From the human T2T-CHM13v2.0 reference genome, Homo sapiens: a stretch of 64,000 bases of DNA. The notes below the pieces were generated by a model. It did not search any database and was not told the origin of the DNA. It worked only from the letters and a program-made list of their open reading frames with translations. Location: the NCBI RefSeq assembly GCF_009914755.1, contig NC_060931.1. The stretch is one strand, 5' to 3'. The position numbers were made by a program, and so were the translations under genes. Shown here piece after piece: positions 38,901 to 53,385 of this stretch (within the stretch, counting starts at the first letter, position 1; every line of letters begins with the position of its first letter).

Positions 38901-39974
38901 GAAGCAACTCATAACTTTCCTAGGTATGGCACGATTTGGATCCCAGGATTTCAGCTCATTACTAAGCCACTGCATGAGGCCCTAACTGGGCCAAAGCATC
39001 AACTGCTCGGAGGGGCTTGCGCTGCAATAAGCCCCATCTTCTGTTCTTATACTAACAGTTCAGTATTAGCTGAACTACAAGTTCAAAAGATTTACCAACG
39101 GGCTATCCAGCTAAATAATTTCAATAACTCTATCATGCAAGCCATCTGGGACCCCATCAAAGGCTACCTACCTAGTGTGACATGGTTCCTACCTTCCCTA
39201 GGACTTCTAGTAGCTATCCTCTTATTATTGGTTTTTAGTCCTTGCTTGTTTAACCTCTTTGTAAAGTTATGTCTTCTAGGTTGCAAAGTTCCACGTCAAA
39301 ATGATGGTCATGCAAGGATTCCAAGCAATCCCTGCCTCAGATGCAGACTCTTCTGATGACCCACCCTTGGGACCCTTAGAGCAGGCAGCCAGAGGTTTCC
39401 ATGCTGGTGCCAGGCAGGGCCAATGCCCCTAAATCAGCAGGAAGCAGATATAGAAAACTGTCCTCCTCCCTCATCAACCCTTAAGAATAAGGGATGGAAG
39501 TCTCTGAGGGGGATAAAATGAGACAGGAATAATACTGGGTGGTCACCTGAGTATAGAAAACTCCAGGCAGCAGTTTCACATGACTAGAGGCTATGGGCTG
39601 GTAAGTGAACAACATGTGAACAGAGCTGGCTAAGACCAACCAGACCCAATATGGCACTGGATTTGACCTAGATTTCACCTAGGACCTCATTATATGCTCA
39701 TTAACATACTAAGTCACACACCCATTGGTGCCATGACAGTTCCAAGAACACCCGCATTGGGTATGAGTGGGTGGCACTACAGTTCAGAGACATCGCCACC
39801 TTTTCCTAGAGATTTTCATAAATATTCTACCCCTTAGTTAAAGCAACCCATAAAGGTAGCAGCCCCAAACCCCCCTTGTATGGAACTCTCTCTTGAGTAT
39901 GCCCACACTCCCCTTTCTTGAGTTTGTACATTTCTCTTTGCAGTAAATCTCTATACTTTCACTAGAAGAAAAAA
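35969..39974 (+). mobile_element. ERV1-class element, internally deleted, with processed-retrocopy structure (R-U5 / gag / pol fragment / env fragment / U3-R / poly-A); LTR tentatively MER61-like
   Basis: Gag remnants 37205-38440 (ILELNLFC, LGQFSED, MHR-like KDENPAVF, Cys-His box); RT 38460-38990 ([21 protein letters not shown]); env TM tail 39010-39440; purine tract ~39506; LTR from TGAGACAGG at 39519; 35969-36040 repeats 39888-39964. Confidence 0.88.
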
Positions 39975-40585
39975 AAAAGAAGACACAAAATATAACATGA
40001 TTCTATTGACAGAGCATTCAAAACAAGGCAAAACTAAACTTTACTGTTTAGGGATGCATACCCAGGAAAAATTTGATATGAAATTAGGATAGTAATTTGC
40101 TCTGGGGGTAAATAATCATGATCAAGGAGGATATATAAAGCATTTCTGGGGTACAAAGAAATGTGCTACTTCCTAATACATGTGGTCATTATAAGGGTGT
40201 TTCATAGCAACTGTATATATTGGACACACAACTATTATGTTTTATGCAGTTTTCTATAAGTACAGTTTTCACTTTAAAATTTTAGAAAGAATTAATACTG
40301 TATATTCTCTCTTAGATGCAGGGTTCTAAATAGGAGGTCAATTTTGTTATCAGTAACATACAAATCAGTTACAGTCTTACATTTTTATACTTGATTTCTC
40401 AGTTTCTGAGACAGTTGTGTTAAAGTCTCCATGAAGAGATCAAGAGGACTTAGTTTCCTGTATTAAGATTTTGATGTGCATATTTTGAAACTATATATTG
40501 TTAATATTAAGCATATACAAGTTCATTCCTGTTATATTTTTTTAGACCATTACTTTTGTCAAAATACAAAATTCCATTTTGTCAT

Positions 40586-40970
<385 letters not shown>

Positions 40971-41386
40971 TGAGTGTATAGTTAGTATACATTTTTTATA
41001 TATTTATTTTCAATGTTTCCTGTCATTTTGTTTGTGTCTTTTCTAAAGGCATAAAGGTCTCTTGTTTCATTTTGTTTACCCAATCTGAGCCTCTTTTAAT
41101 ATGTAAATTCAATTACATTCATTATGATAAATGTTATATTTTGTGTTCTAGCCAGCCTCCAAGATGGCCCCCCAAAATATCCACTTCTACAATTCCACAT
41201 CCTTGTGTAGACATTATATACACCAGAGTTTGTCTGTGTGACCAAAGGAATACATGAGAGGTGATGGCCTGTCACTTTTGAGATTCGGTTATAAAACACT
41301 GCAACTTCCATATCAGGCTCACTCTTTCTCTCAATTCCCTTGCTTTGGGAGAAGCCAGCTGCCATGCTGTGAGAACATTCAGGCAG

Positions 41387-42155
41387 GAAAAAAGCTCATC
41401 ATCACTGGTCATTAGAGAAACGCAAATCAAAACCACAATGAGATACCATCTCACGGCACTCAGAATGGCAATCATTAAAAAGTCAGGAAACAACAGATGC
41501 TGGAGAGGATGTGGAGAAATAGGAACTCTTTTACACTGTTGGGAGTGTAAATTAGTTCAACCATTGTGGAAGACAGTGTGGCAATTCCTCAAGGATTTAA
41601 ACCAGAAATACCATTTGACCCAGCAATCCCATTACTGGGTATATACCCAAAGGATTATAAATCATTCTACTCTAAAGACACATGCACACGTATGTTTATT
41701 GTGGCACTATTCACAATAGCAAAGACTTGGAACCAACCCAAATGCCCATCAATGATAGACTGGGTAAAGATAATGTGGCACATATACACCATGTAATACT
41801 ATGCAGCCATAAAAAAGGATGAGTTCATGTCCTTTGCAGGGACACGGATGAAACTGGAAACCATCATTCTCAACAAACTAACACAAGAACAGAAAACCAA
41901 ATACCGCACATGTTCTCACTCATAAGTGGGAGTTGAACAATGAGAACCCATGGACACAAGGAGAGGAACATCACACACCGGGGCCTGTCGCGGGTGGGAA
42001 GCCAGGGGAGGGATAGCGTTAGGAGAAATACCTAATGTAGATGACAGGTTGATGGGTGCAGCAAACCACCATGGCACATGTATACCTATGCAACAAAACT
42101 GCACGTTCTACACATTCTGCACATGTACCCCAGAACTTAAAGTATAATAAAAAAA
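41387..42155 (+). mobile_element. 5'-truncated L1PA (PA6-PA8 age) 3' end
   Basis: ORF2 C-terminal fragments; 3'UTR ...gtaccccagaacttaaagtataataaaa. Confidence 0.9.
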
Positions 42156-42241
42156 GGAAGGAAGGAAGGAGGGAAGGAAGGAAGGAAGCAAAGAAGGAAG
42201 GAAGGAAGCAAAGAAGGAAGGAAGGAAGGAAGGAGGGAAGG
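42156..42241 (+). repeat. (GGAA)n microsatellite
   Basis: Interrupted ggaa array grown from the L1 tail. Confidence 0.92.
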
Positions 42242-42800
42242 CTCTCAAAGTGAGAAACTAAAGCATCTGGCCAACAGCCAGGGAGAAACTGAGGCTTGTC
42301 AACAACTATATAAGTAAAATTACGTGGATCCTCCAGGCCCAGATGACTGCAGGCTAGGCCAACGACTTGATTATAAACTCATACGAGGGAGGGACCTTGA
42401 ATCAAACTGGACAGATTCTCTCAGATCCCTGACCATAGCAACTAGGGAATAGTAAGTATTACTTATAAGCTGTGAATTTTTGGTCCAATATACCACATAG
42501 CAAGAGATAACACATACAGTTACACTTACTTCTAACCGATTTCTTTCCTGTTGTCTATTTGAAGGCTTTACCTCAATCAATTTTTTCCTTATCAATTTTC
42601 AATCAACTTTTCCTCACTCCATTTTCTTCGACATTTTGAAAGCTTTACATTCAATTTACATTCTTTATATAATTAAATATTATATTAGCTATATCTATAA
42701 TATTACAATAAAGTTTTATATTATTACCATATTTTCCTCCCATACAAGATGACAACACACATACACAGCATACTTTTACTTCCATCTAATACCACCTTCC

Positions 42801-43117
<317 letters not shown>

Positions 43118-43118
43118 T

Positions 43119-43239
43119 AAAGCCTACAGCATCCGGTATTACCAGATTGTCTCGCATCCAAGTACTAACCAGGCCCAACCTTGCTTAGCTTCCAAGATCA
43201 GATGAGACCTGGCTTGTTTAAGGTGGTATGGCCATAAAC
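43119..43239 (-). pseudogene. RNA5SP246: 5S rRNA retro-pseudogene, full length (121 nt); symbol from recall
   Basis: Reverse complement gtttatggccataccacc...gaagctaagcaaggttgggcctggttagtacttggatg...gctgtaggcttt; A tail 43110-43118; TSD ctaataccaccttc. Confidence 0.9.
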
Positions 43240-43684
43240 TAATACCACCTTCTACACCATTATTTCTCATGTTGTCATCCTCTGGAATTTTAGAGCTTCT
43301 AATTAAAAAAAAATTATTTGTAAACATCAATTCAGAATTATCAACTTTTCTACCCCAAATAAGAACCATCCAGCTAAGACATTCCCAAACCCCTGACCTG
43401 CAAAAATTATATGGAAAAATAAATATTTACTATCCCTTTAATCTGGTGTTACACATGACAGTATGAAAATCATACGTGAATTACTACAAAATTAATGTGC
43501 TCCTACCTCAGAGATAATCACTATACTAACTTTCAATACCACAGGTTAGTTGTGCCTATGTTAAGTCTAAAATAAACATAAATGGAACTATATAAAATGT
43601 ATTCATTTGTGTATGACTTCTTGGTGAGATGTATTTATGTGATTGTATTTAACAGTAATTGTTCATTTCCATTATTGTATACTA

Positions 43685-44072
<388 letters not shown>

Positions 44073-44113
44073 TTTGCGGCAATTATGAATAACAGTACTA
44101 TAGGCATCTTGTA

Positions 44114-44525
44114 CAGTTGATCCTCGAACAACATGGGGTTAACAGTGCCAACCCCCATGTAGCTGCAAATTCACATGTAACTTTTGACTCCCCCAAAATA
44201 TCACTAATAACCTACTATTAATCATCTTGTTGATAACAAAAATAGTTCATTAACACGTTTTATGTTATATGTAATATATATTGTATTCTTACAATAAAGT
44301 AAGCTAGAGAAAAGAAAATATTAAGAAAATCATAAGGAAGAGAAGATATAACTATTCATTAAGTGAAAGTGGATCATCATAAAGGTCTTCATCCTCATCA
44401 TCTTACATTGAGTAGGCTGGGGTGGAAGAGGAGGTCTTGATGTCTCAAGGGTGGCAGAGGTGGAAGAAAATCCATGTGTAAGTGGACCCATGCAGTTCAA
44501 ACCCATGTTGTTCAAGGATCAACTG
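44114..44525. mobile_element. Tigger2a/MER28-like MITE
   Basis: TIRs cagttgatcct(c/t)gaacaacatggg ... cccatgttgttcaaggatcaactg; TA target duplication. Confidence 0.85.
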
Positions 44526-45613
44526 TATGTCTTTTAACACACAAATGTAGGCATTTCTGTTTGGTTATTTATAAGAAGCCAATTGGGATTGTAATTAGGG
44601 GTTTGTGGAATCCATAGGTCAATTTAAGAAGATGTATCTTTACAATATTGAATATTCCATAAATGTTATATGCCTCATTTACTTAGGTCATACTTTAATA
44701 TTGTGTAATTTTCTGTGTAGAGATATACACAAATTTTAGTAGATACATTCCCAAGGATTTGATTTCAATATAATTATAAATTGTACCATTTTTACAAAAT
44801 TTTATCTTTTTGATGGGTTGCTGGAATAAGAAATAAAATGACTTCGGATATTGACCAGCAACACTGGTAAATTTACATATGAGCTCTAATAGATAATGTA
44901 CAGTTTATTTTGCATTTCCTATATATATAGCCATATTATCTCCAAATATAGTGTTACGTCCTCCTTTCAAATTTTTAGGTATTTTATTTTCTTCACTTAT
45001 TGCACAAAGTAAGCCTTCTAGCAAAATACTATTTAAAAAATAAAAATAGCAGGCATTTTTGTCTGTCTCATTCACAATCTCTAGGGGAAAGCTTTTAATA
45101 GTCCACCAATAAGTATAAAGTTTAGTGGAGTTTTTTTGTACTGTTGTCAGAATAATCATGTTCCCTTCCAGTCCTGGTGGCAGAGATTTCAATCATGAAT
45201 TGCCATTAAATTTTATCAACCGCTTTTTTCTGCACCCATTAAGGCATTAAGACTCTTCTGTATTTTTAAAATGAGGTATATTATGCTATGTTTTACTGTT
45301 AGATCAACCTTATACTACTAGAATAAACCCATACTGGGAAATATTTGGTCATTATTTCTTCATATATCTTTTTTGCTCCATTCTATCACCTTTGCTTCCA
45401 GATTCCAATTACATATGTGTTAGGCCACTTGATCTTATCCCACAGTTCTTCGAGGCTCTTTATTTTCTTTAATCTGTTTTCTCTCTGTTCTTCAAACTAG
45501 CTACTTTCTCCTGCTCTATCTTCAAATTCACTAACTCTCTTTGACTCTCTCATCAGCCATCTCTAATCTGCTGTTAAGTCCATTCAGCAAATTATCTGAT
45601 TCAGTTATTGCAC

Positions 45614-46990
45614 TTGCTGGGGCAGAATGGCTCCCCAAAGATGTCTATGTCTTCATTCCTAGAACTGATGAATATGTTACGTTACAACATGGCAAAGGAA
45701 CTGTGCTGATATAATTAAGATTGTCACCTAAATTACCCAGGTAGGTGCAATCTAATCACATGAGCACTTTAAAGCAGATGTGCTGAAAGAGGAGGCAGAA
45801 GAAATGTGGCAGAAAGGCAAATCAGAGAGATTCAAAGTGCAGCTCAACACACTATTGCTGGCTCTGACACGTATGAATCAACATGCAAGGGACTCAAAGA
45901 GAGGCCTTTAGTTGCTCATTGAAAGCATGAGAAGGAATACAGGCAACCTCTAGAGGCACAGACTAACCTCCAGCTGAAAGCCAGCAAGGAAACAGAGACC
46001 TACAACCTACAGTCTCAAGGAAATGAATTTGGCCAACGACTTAAATGAGATTGGAAGTGGATTCTTCCTCAAAGCCTCCAGTAAGCAACAGCACTCCACC
46101 AACATCTTCACTTTAGCCCCATGAGGCCTGTGTCAGACTTCTAATCTACAGATCTGAGATAATAAATGGATCTTGTTGTAAGCCATTACATTTAATGGTA
46201 ATTTGTTATGGCAACAATAAAAAAAACTAACAGATTTTGGTACCTGTAAGTGAAGTGTTACTGCGACAAATACCTCAAATTGTAGAACTGACTGGAATTA
46301 GGCACTGGGTGGAAGCTTGGAAGAATTTTGAGGAGCATGATGGAGGAAGCCTAGTTTTGAAGAGACTTATAAGAAATCTGATCTTAAATGATCCACCCAC
46401 CTCAGCCTCCCAAAGTGCTGGGATGCCTATAGTTCCAGCTACTCAAGAGGCTGAGGCATATGAATGGCTTGAACCCAGGAAGCGGAGGTTGTAGTGAGCT
46501 GAGACTGTGCCACTGTACTCCAGCCTGGGCAGCAGAGCAAGACTTTAAAATAAATAAAAAAAAGAAAGAGAGAGAGAGAGAGAGAAAGAAAGAGAAAGAG
46601 AAAGAAAAAGAAAGAGAGAGAGAAAGAAAAGAAAGAAAGAGAAAAGAAAGAGAAAGAAGGAAGGAAGAAGGAAGGAAGGAAGGAGAAAGAAAGATCAATC
46701 GATCTGGTTCTTAAGGACACTGCTGGTCAGGGCTTATGAACTGCCTACAGAAATCTGGACTTAAAAGATGCTGTAGTGAGGGCTCAGAAGGAAGTAAAAA
46801 ACACATTAATGTAAACTTGAGTAAGGTAGATCCTTGTTATTATGTATTGGCAGAGAGCTTAGTGAATTTGTGCCCTGTAGTTATTTGTGAAGCAGAACTT
46901 GTAAACGATGAAGTTGGATATTTACTTGAGGAAAATTCCAAAAATGAAGATGTGACCCAGTTTTATCTTGCTGTTTACAGTAAAATGTGA
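45614..46990 (+). mobile_element. MLT1 LTR (to ~46231) plus MaLR internal sequence
   Basis: ggcagaatggctccccaaagatgtc ... gtaatttgttatggcaacaata...ctaaca|gattttggtacc. Confidence 0.75.
46383..46692. mobile_element. Rearranged Alu (inverted left-arm piece plus forward right arm) with ~140-nt purine tail
   Basis: tgatccacccacctcagcctcccaaagtgctggga (-) joined to tgcctatagttccagctact (+); GA-rich run 46556-46692. Confidence 0.85.
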
Positions 46991-47248
46991 AATGACAAAT
47001 TTCACCTACGGAGAGCAACTTTGGCCTGTGCCCCTGAGTTCCAGCCTCCCTGCAATCTTCCCTTCCTGACAGCCTATCCTATGAATTTTAGATTTGCTTA
47101 GCTGGCCCCCGAATTACATAATCAATAAACAAATCTCTACATATTTATATCCTCCAGGTTCTACTTCTCTGGTTGAATCCTGACAGAGTATTTTTAAGCT
47201 CTAGAATTTCTACTTAGCTCTTTTTGTCGTTTCCATTTCCCCTGTTCA

Positions 47249-47677
<429 letters not shown>

Positions 47678-49197
47678 TCAGGGTTAGTTTCTATTGACTG
47701 CTTTTTCTCTTGGCTACTAGTCACATTTTCCAAATTCTTTGTACTTCTGGCAATTTTTACCATCTATTAAACATTGTAATGATATACTGTAAAGACTCTA
47801 GAACTCATGGAGTTTCTTTAGCAAGAAGCTTGGCTGGGATCAAACTCCAAACTTTATTTCCTCCATAGTGAGTTGCAGCTGAATTCTCCATTCAATTCTT
47901 TTATCTTACAACTACTGCTTTTGGCAGGTCTCCTAGAGTATTCTCCTGTATATATGTAGTTCAGTTGGTCAGCCAGTGATTTTTGCAGAGTTTAAAATTC
48001 ATTTTGAGACTCATTCCTTTTATGGCTCCCTCTTTTCCAGGTTTTCCACTCTAAGTTTTCAGTTACTCTTCCAACCTCAAACTGTTTTGACCACTCTGTC
48101 CAGAAATACTGTAGCTTTCTGTCATCCTACACTGAGGAATTACAGAATGCCCTCAGGAGAATAGCAAAAAAACCCCACAAATTTCACCCAGTATAGCTTT
48201 TGTCTTTCAGGCATCAACTGCTTCCCTCCAGTTTTTGCTTGCTTTTCACCACTCCCCAATATTTTCATACTGTTGTGGGTTATCTTCATTTTGGGAAGGT
48301 ATAGCTTTGTACTAATGTCAATTATTATTTGCAGGAGGATTAAGCTGGCCAAGCTACACCATTATTGGAAGGAGGAAGCTCAACTGAATATTTTTAAATA
48401 TTCCATTTTATCTTCTCTGTTGACATTTAAGATCTATATGTTTTACAAAGATTTTTTTGTTAGTTATAATATTCATCCTCAAGAGATTACAATATTCATC
48501 CTTATCACAGTGTATCATCAAATAATATACTACTGCATGATACAAAAACTTTACAAATGTCCATTTTTCTCCCTCATGCCCTTTATACTACTATTTTCAT
48601 ATATTTCACTTCTACATATATATAAGCCCCATAATTTGCTGCTGGTTTTAGTAAAAATTGTATATATTTATAATTTACCTACATATTTACCTTTTAATTT
48701 ACCTACACATTTACCCTTTCTCTTGTCCTTCATTCCTCCTGAAGATCCTGGCATCCATCTACTATCATTTCTTTTTAGCTGGAAAAACTCCTTTTAGCAT
48801 CCTTCATGATGCAGGTATGCAGACACAAATCCTTTCGGGTTTTTGTTTTTTCCTGGTTGAAAATGTTTTAATTTCACCTTCATTTGGAAGAATACTTTTA
48901 GAGTATAGAACTCCAGATTTTCAGTTATTTGTTTCAACAATTTTAAGATGTCCATTATCCTCTCGTATCCATTTTTCTAATGAGAAGTCAACGATTCTTA
49001 TTTTTGTTTCCCTGAATCTAATGAATCTAATTTGTCTTTTTTTTAAAAAAAGGCGACTTTCAAGCTTTTCTTTCATTCTTTCTCTTTTGGTTTTCAACTT
49101 TTTACTTGTAATATATATGACTAGGTTATGATTAGGTGTGGTTTTTATTTATCCTACTTGAGTGTCACTGGCCATCTTGGATTCATTTTGGGTTTGT

Positions 49198-49506
49198 TGT
49201 TGTTATTTTTTGAGATGGGGATCTCACTCTGTCACCCGGGTTGGAGTGCAGTGGTGTCATCTCAGGTCACTGTAACCTCTGCCTCCCAGCCTCCCATGCT
49301 CAACCGATCCTCCCACCTCAGCCTCCTGAGTAGCTGGGACCACAGGCCTGCGTCACCATGCCTGGCTAATTTTTGTATTTTCTTCTGATAGAGATGGGGT
49401 TTTGTCATGTTGCCCAGGCTTGTCTTGAACTCCTGAGCTCAAGCGATTCACCTGCCTCAGCCTCCCAAAGTGCTAGGATTACAGCCATGAGCCACCGCAC
49501 CCAGCC
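49198..49506 (-). mobile_element. AluJ
   Basis: Antisense dimer; ctcctgagctcaagcgat. Confidence 0.9.
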
Positions 49507-49538
49507 CCTTTCATTCATTTTGGAAAATTCTCATCCAT

Positions 49539-49892
49539 TGATATGGTTTGCCTGTGTCCCCACCCAAATCTCATCTTGAATTTCCATGTGTTATGGGAGG
49601 GACCAAGTGGGAGGTAATTGAATCATGGGGGCAAGTGTTTCCCATGCTGTTCTCATGACAGTAAGTCTCATGAGATCTGATGGTTTTAAAAATGGGAGTT
49701 TCCCTGCACAAGCGCTCTCTCTCTTTGCCTGCTGCCATCCATTCAAGACGTGACTTGTTCCTCCTTGCCTTCCACCATGATTGTGAGGCTTCCCCAGCCA
49801 CGTGGAATTGTAAGTCCATTAAACTTCTTCCTTTTGTAAATTGCCCAGTCTCGGGTATGTCTTTATCAGCAGCATGAAAATGGACTAACATA
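49539..49892 (+). mobile_element. THE1 (THE1B-like) solo LTR
   Basis: tgatatggtttg...ccccacccaaatctcatcttgaatt ... gtctttatcagcagcatgaaaatggactaa; 5-nt TSD tccat. Confidence 0.9.
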
Positions 49893-51278
49893 TCCATTAT
49901 CTCTTCAAAGATTTATTCTATTCCATTCTGTTTCCTTTCCTTCTGAGACTCATTACACAAGTATTAGACTTTTTGATATATTCCCTAGGCTTCAGATGTT
50001 CTATTCTTTTATTTTCTTTTCTTATTTTTCTCCCTATGCTTCAGTTTGGACAATTTCTATTGACTTGTCTTTAAGTTCTCTAATCTTTTTTCCACTGTGT
50101 CCAATCTGCTATTAAGTGCTTCAAATAAATTTTTATTTTTGATATTGTATTTTTTGGTTCAAGATTTTTTTTCTAGTTTCTATTTATCTATTGAATTCCT
50201 TACCCATTTACACATTTTGTCCATCTTTTCCACTCTTTAGTGGAAAGATGTAATTTACAAAAGTTACAAAAGTTCACTTTACAAAACTCCTTTGGTGTTC
50301 ACTTTAGAGAAGTTGTTTAAAAGTCACTGCCTAGTAATTTCTAAAGTCACTGCCTCCTAATTTCTATATGTGGGTCATCTGTAAGTCAGCTTCTACTGAC
50401 TATTTTTTTCCCTCTTGTTTATGGGTTACATGTCACTGCCTCTGTATTTTTTGATTGTTTGCTAGACACTGCTTATAAAGGTGCAGTAGACACTGATGTA
50501 ACTAATACTTATCATTAGAAAAGTGCAGGTCCTTTTTCATTTTTAGCAGCTAATAGTTGATCTGGGTCAGGACTTTGCTGCAGCTTTAATTAAATTCAGT
50601 TATCTGCTGTTTACAAATGATCTGAGGAACAGATCAGGTTTCCCCTTTCAGCAGGGCATTAGTAGTAGTGGCAGATTCTAGAGATCTTTCTCTGTGTTAC
50701 ACCTCAGTTTGCCAGGCCACATAAGAAATCTTTGTTTTAGAGCTCAGCCATAAGCCTTCAGGCTGGGGAAGGGGTCTTCTTTGCTCCCTAGATCCATGCC
50801 CAGCTTACTATACCTCAAAAGATTTCTCATTCCTGCCCTTCCCTAGCCTTCGAAAGACTGCTAAAGTATATTTGGTCACATCTTATGTGCCTCAGACTTG
50901 TGGAATGATCTTAGGCAAATCACTAAATGCAGTACTTCAACATTCTCTTTTATAAAAATAAAAGGGATAGGATAATTCTTAATGTCCCTGCCAACTTTCA
51001 TATTTAATTATCTATATATCTTATGATCAATGCATATATTTTTTGTTCAATATCAGTTTGTTAATGTGCTATTAATAATTAAGTACATATACAAGAGCAT
51101 ACAGTAAGGTTAAAAAAAGTGTGACTTGAAATTCCATAATTTTTTTAAAAAATTGAAAAACATTGAACTCATCTGTAAAGTTAGCACTGCCCCAAAAAAA
51201 ATTCAAAAAGGAAATAAACTCTAAGGTATATTAACTTCGCAAATGGAAAATAACCCAGGTTTAGGTGAAGACACTTAC

Positions 51279-51436
51279 CCATCCTCAGTTTCTTTTAGTA
51301 AGCGACTGGCAATTCGGATCAGCATGCAGTAAGCAAACTGTGACTTGAGACCAGATTTAGTAAACTTATTCAACATCTTGGAAACAGCAAGTCGATCATT
51401 CTTTCTAAGGTGATACAGGACTCCCAATGCATGGTA
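51279..51436 (-). CDS. COPG2: COPG2 coding exon (inferred exon 9), 158 nt
   Basis: ctttag|TACCAT...GGATGG|gtaagt; [52 protein letters not shown](G); ends in phase 2. Confidence 0.96.
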
Positions 51437-52477
51437 CTAAAGAACATGAAAAAGAAGGTAGCACATGGATTAGAAAGATGTCAAAATATTTACACAAAAA
51501 TAGAATTACACGGAACTAGATTAAAGATTTCTTTAAAATACCCAGGTCACATGTACACAAATATTTTTTTCACACTGAACTAAACACAGGCAAGACTGAA
51601 AAGATTAAACGTTTCTAATTTACCCCTAGAAGCTGTCAATTCAGACTGGCAGGCATAAAGGAGGTGACATACAACCTGAAGATGGCTCTAGCAGGCTCAA
51701 CACTGGCTCACACATCCTCAGTACACACGCTCTCGGGTCCAGGGCTTTACTGGTGCTATCTGTCTCTACGAGTGGCTTTACATCATCTGTGGCCATCTTA
51801 GTAATTAAAGGATTAATCTCCTAAAGCAGGCTACAAGAGTGTCATCATCTTGACACTTTGTATAAAAACACATGATCAGAGTCAGGAGAATGAGAGTGTT
51901 TCCCAAGGGAAAAATGACTACTCTGTTTCCTAATAACTGAATATGTTACCATAGAAGTTATAAACATCAAGAGGGCATAAACACCCTCTCAAATAAAATG
52001 GGGTACTTTACACACAATTTCCAGTGAAGAATTTAATCTTATTCCTCTTAAGAATAACCTAATAAATATCAAAAGAGCTCTTTTTGACAAAATGGTTTCA
52101 AAGTTTCATAAAGTAAAAGCTGCTCCGTATGATTTTTATAATGCCTATAATCAAGGCCTCAGAACTTGGAATTATCTTTTTACACAAATTATTTTTCAAA
52201 TAAAAGACTGCCACGAGCATCTCAATCTACTACTGAATATAACAATCTTTCCCAAATATTCCTACAAAGGGTCATCTAGCTTCTATGAAACACCTGAAGG
52301 GCAGTATTCAAATGGCAGTAATCATAATTAGTGAGATTCCTACTTCAGAATACGTACTAGTAGCTGCTTAATTTGCCTTTAGTTAATGTTTATCTAGGGA
52401 ATCAATACACTGCCCCTACAATACAGGTTTAAAGAATGCTGATCCTGAGACAAGCTAATGTGATTCAATGACAATAC

Positions 52478-52564
52478 CTGGACCATAATATTATCACTTG
52501 ATGCAGCTTCTTGGGCTTCATTGATCCAGCGCTTAACCACATCATAGCTTATCTTCATCATGTG
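52478..52564 (-). CDS. COPG2: COPG2 coding exon (inferred exon 8), 87 nt
   Basis: atttag|CACATG...GTCCAG|gtattg; [29 protein letters not shown]. Confidence 0.96.
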
Positions 52565-53385
52565 CTAAATACAGAAAAAAAAAATGAGAATAAATAATGC
52601 TTGGTCACTAGAAGCTTAGAAACATGAGTTAGTTTTCTTTGAAAATCACAGACATTTCCCAAGAGGAAGAAAACTATGTAGCTCTTATAAGTCTATTTTG
52701 TGTCTTTACTCCTGGAGCAACTGATAAACCAGAAGTATTTTCTCCCATACCTGTTACAAAGGTGAGTATATGTAAGCTGGGAGAGGTGTGTAAAAGGAAG
52801 TAATGAAAGAGGAAGAACAGGATAGGGATGGACAGTCAACAGAACGGTGCTTAAATAACGTTATCATAACAAGCTTTACTTCCAGGAAACTCCCCTGGAA
52901 GAAAGAGAGTACTAGTATATTCTCTGCTATAAAACTCAGCCAATTATATTCCAGAATCAGGAACTCTTGTATTTAGATGTCTTACACATTCACATATAGG
53001 TAACTGACGTTAATCAAATGCAATGTGATAGGTTTTAATGTATAAATTGTGTTCTGCTGAAAAACGGAAAGAAAAATGTATTACTAAAAAAAAGACCACT
53101 TCCTGGGAGGAAATTCAGAAGTGGGACAGGAAACTTTGGATTGAAGGATACACGTAGACAAAGGGCACCAGAAAAAGCAGAGGACAAAGAGACAAGTAGT
53201 AGAAGTCATAAAGGCAGGTCATAAAGAAGATTTTAAATGAAAGAAAAGGGTCCTAGGTTTCTTTCCTGTCCCATACCCCACACTTACCCCTCTTTTATTA
53301 TGTGTACAACATAACTTTCAGATTTCCAAAACCTTTCAAACATACGAACATTTTATGTTTTTAATTGCTCAATGATCCTATAGAT

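Larger units (their letters stand above)
41147..42516 (+). mobile_element. MLT1-type LTR split by an L1PA fragment
   Basis: cagcctccaagatggccccc...gaagccagctgccatgctgtgag; resumes ggccaacagccag...catagcaagagataac. Confidence 0.7.

Noticed and set aside
37205-39440. Co-opted gag or env gene
   Set aside because: Fragmented by stops and frameshifts; RT YVDD altered to DVDD; longest gag/pol/env fragment ~100 aa
43119-43239. Functional 5S rRNA gene
   Set aside because: Single copy with many substitutions, an A tail and a TSD
48273-49131. Hydrophobic 174-aa and 157-aa ORFs
   Set aside because: T-rich antisense L1-derived sequence with no recognisable domain
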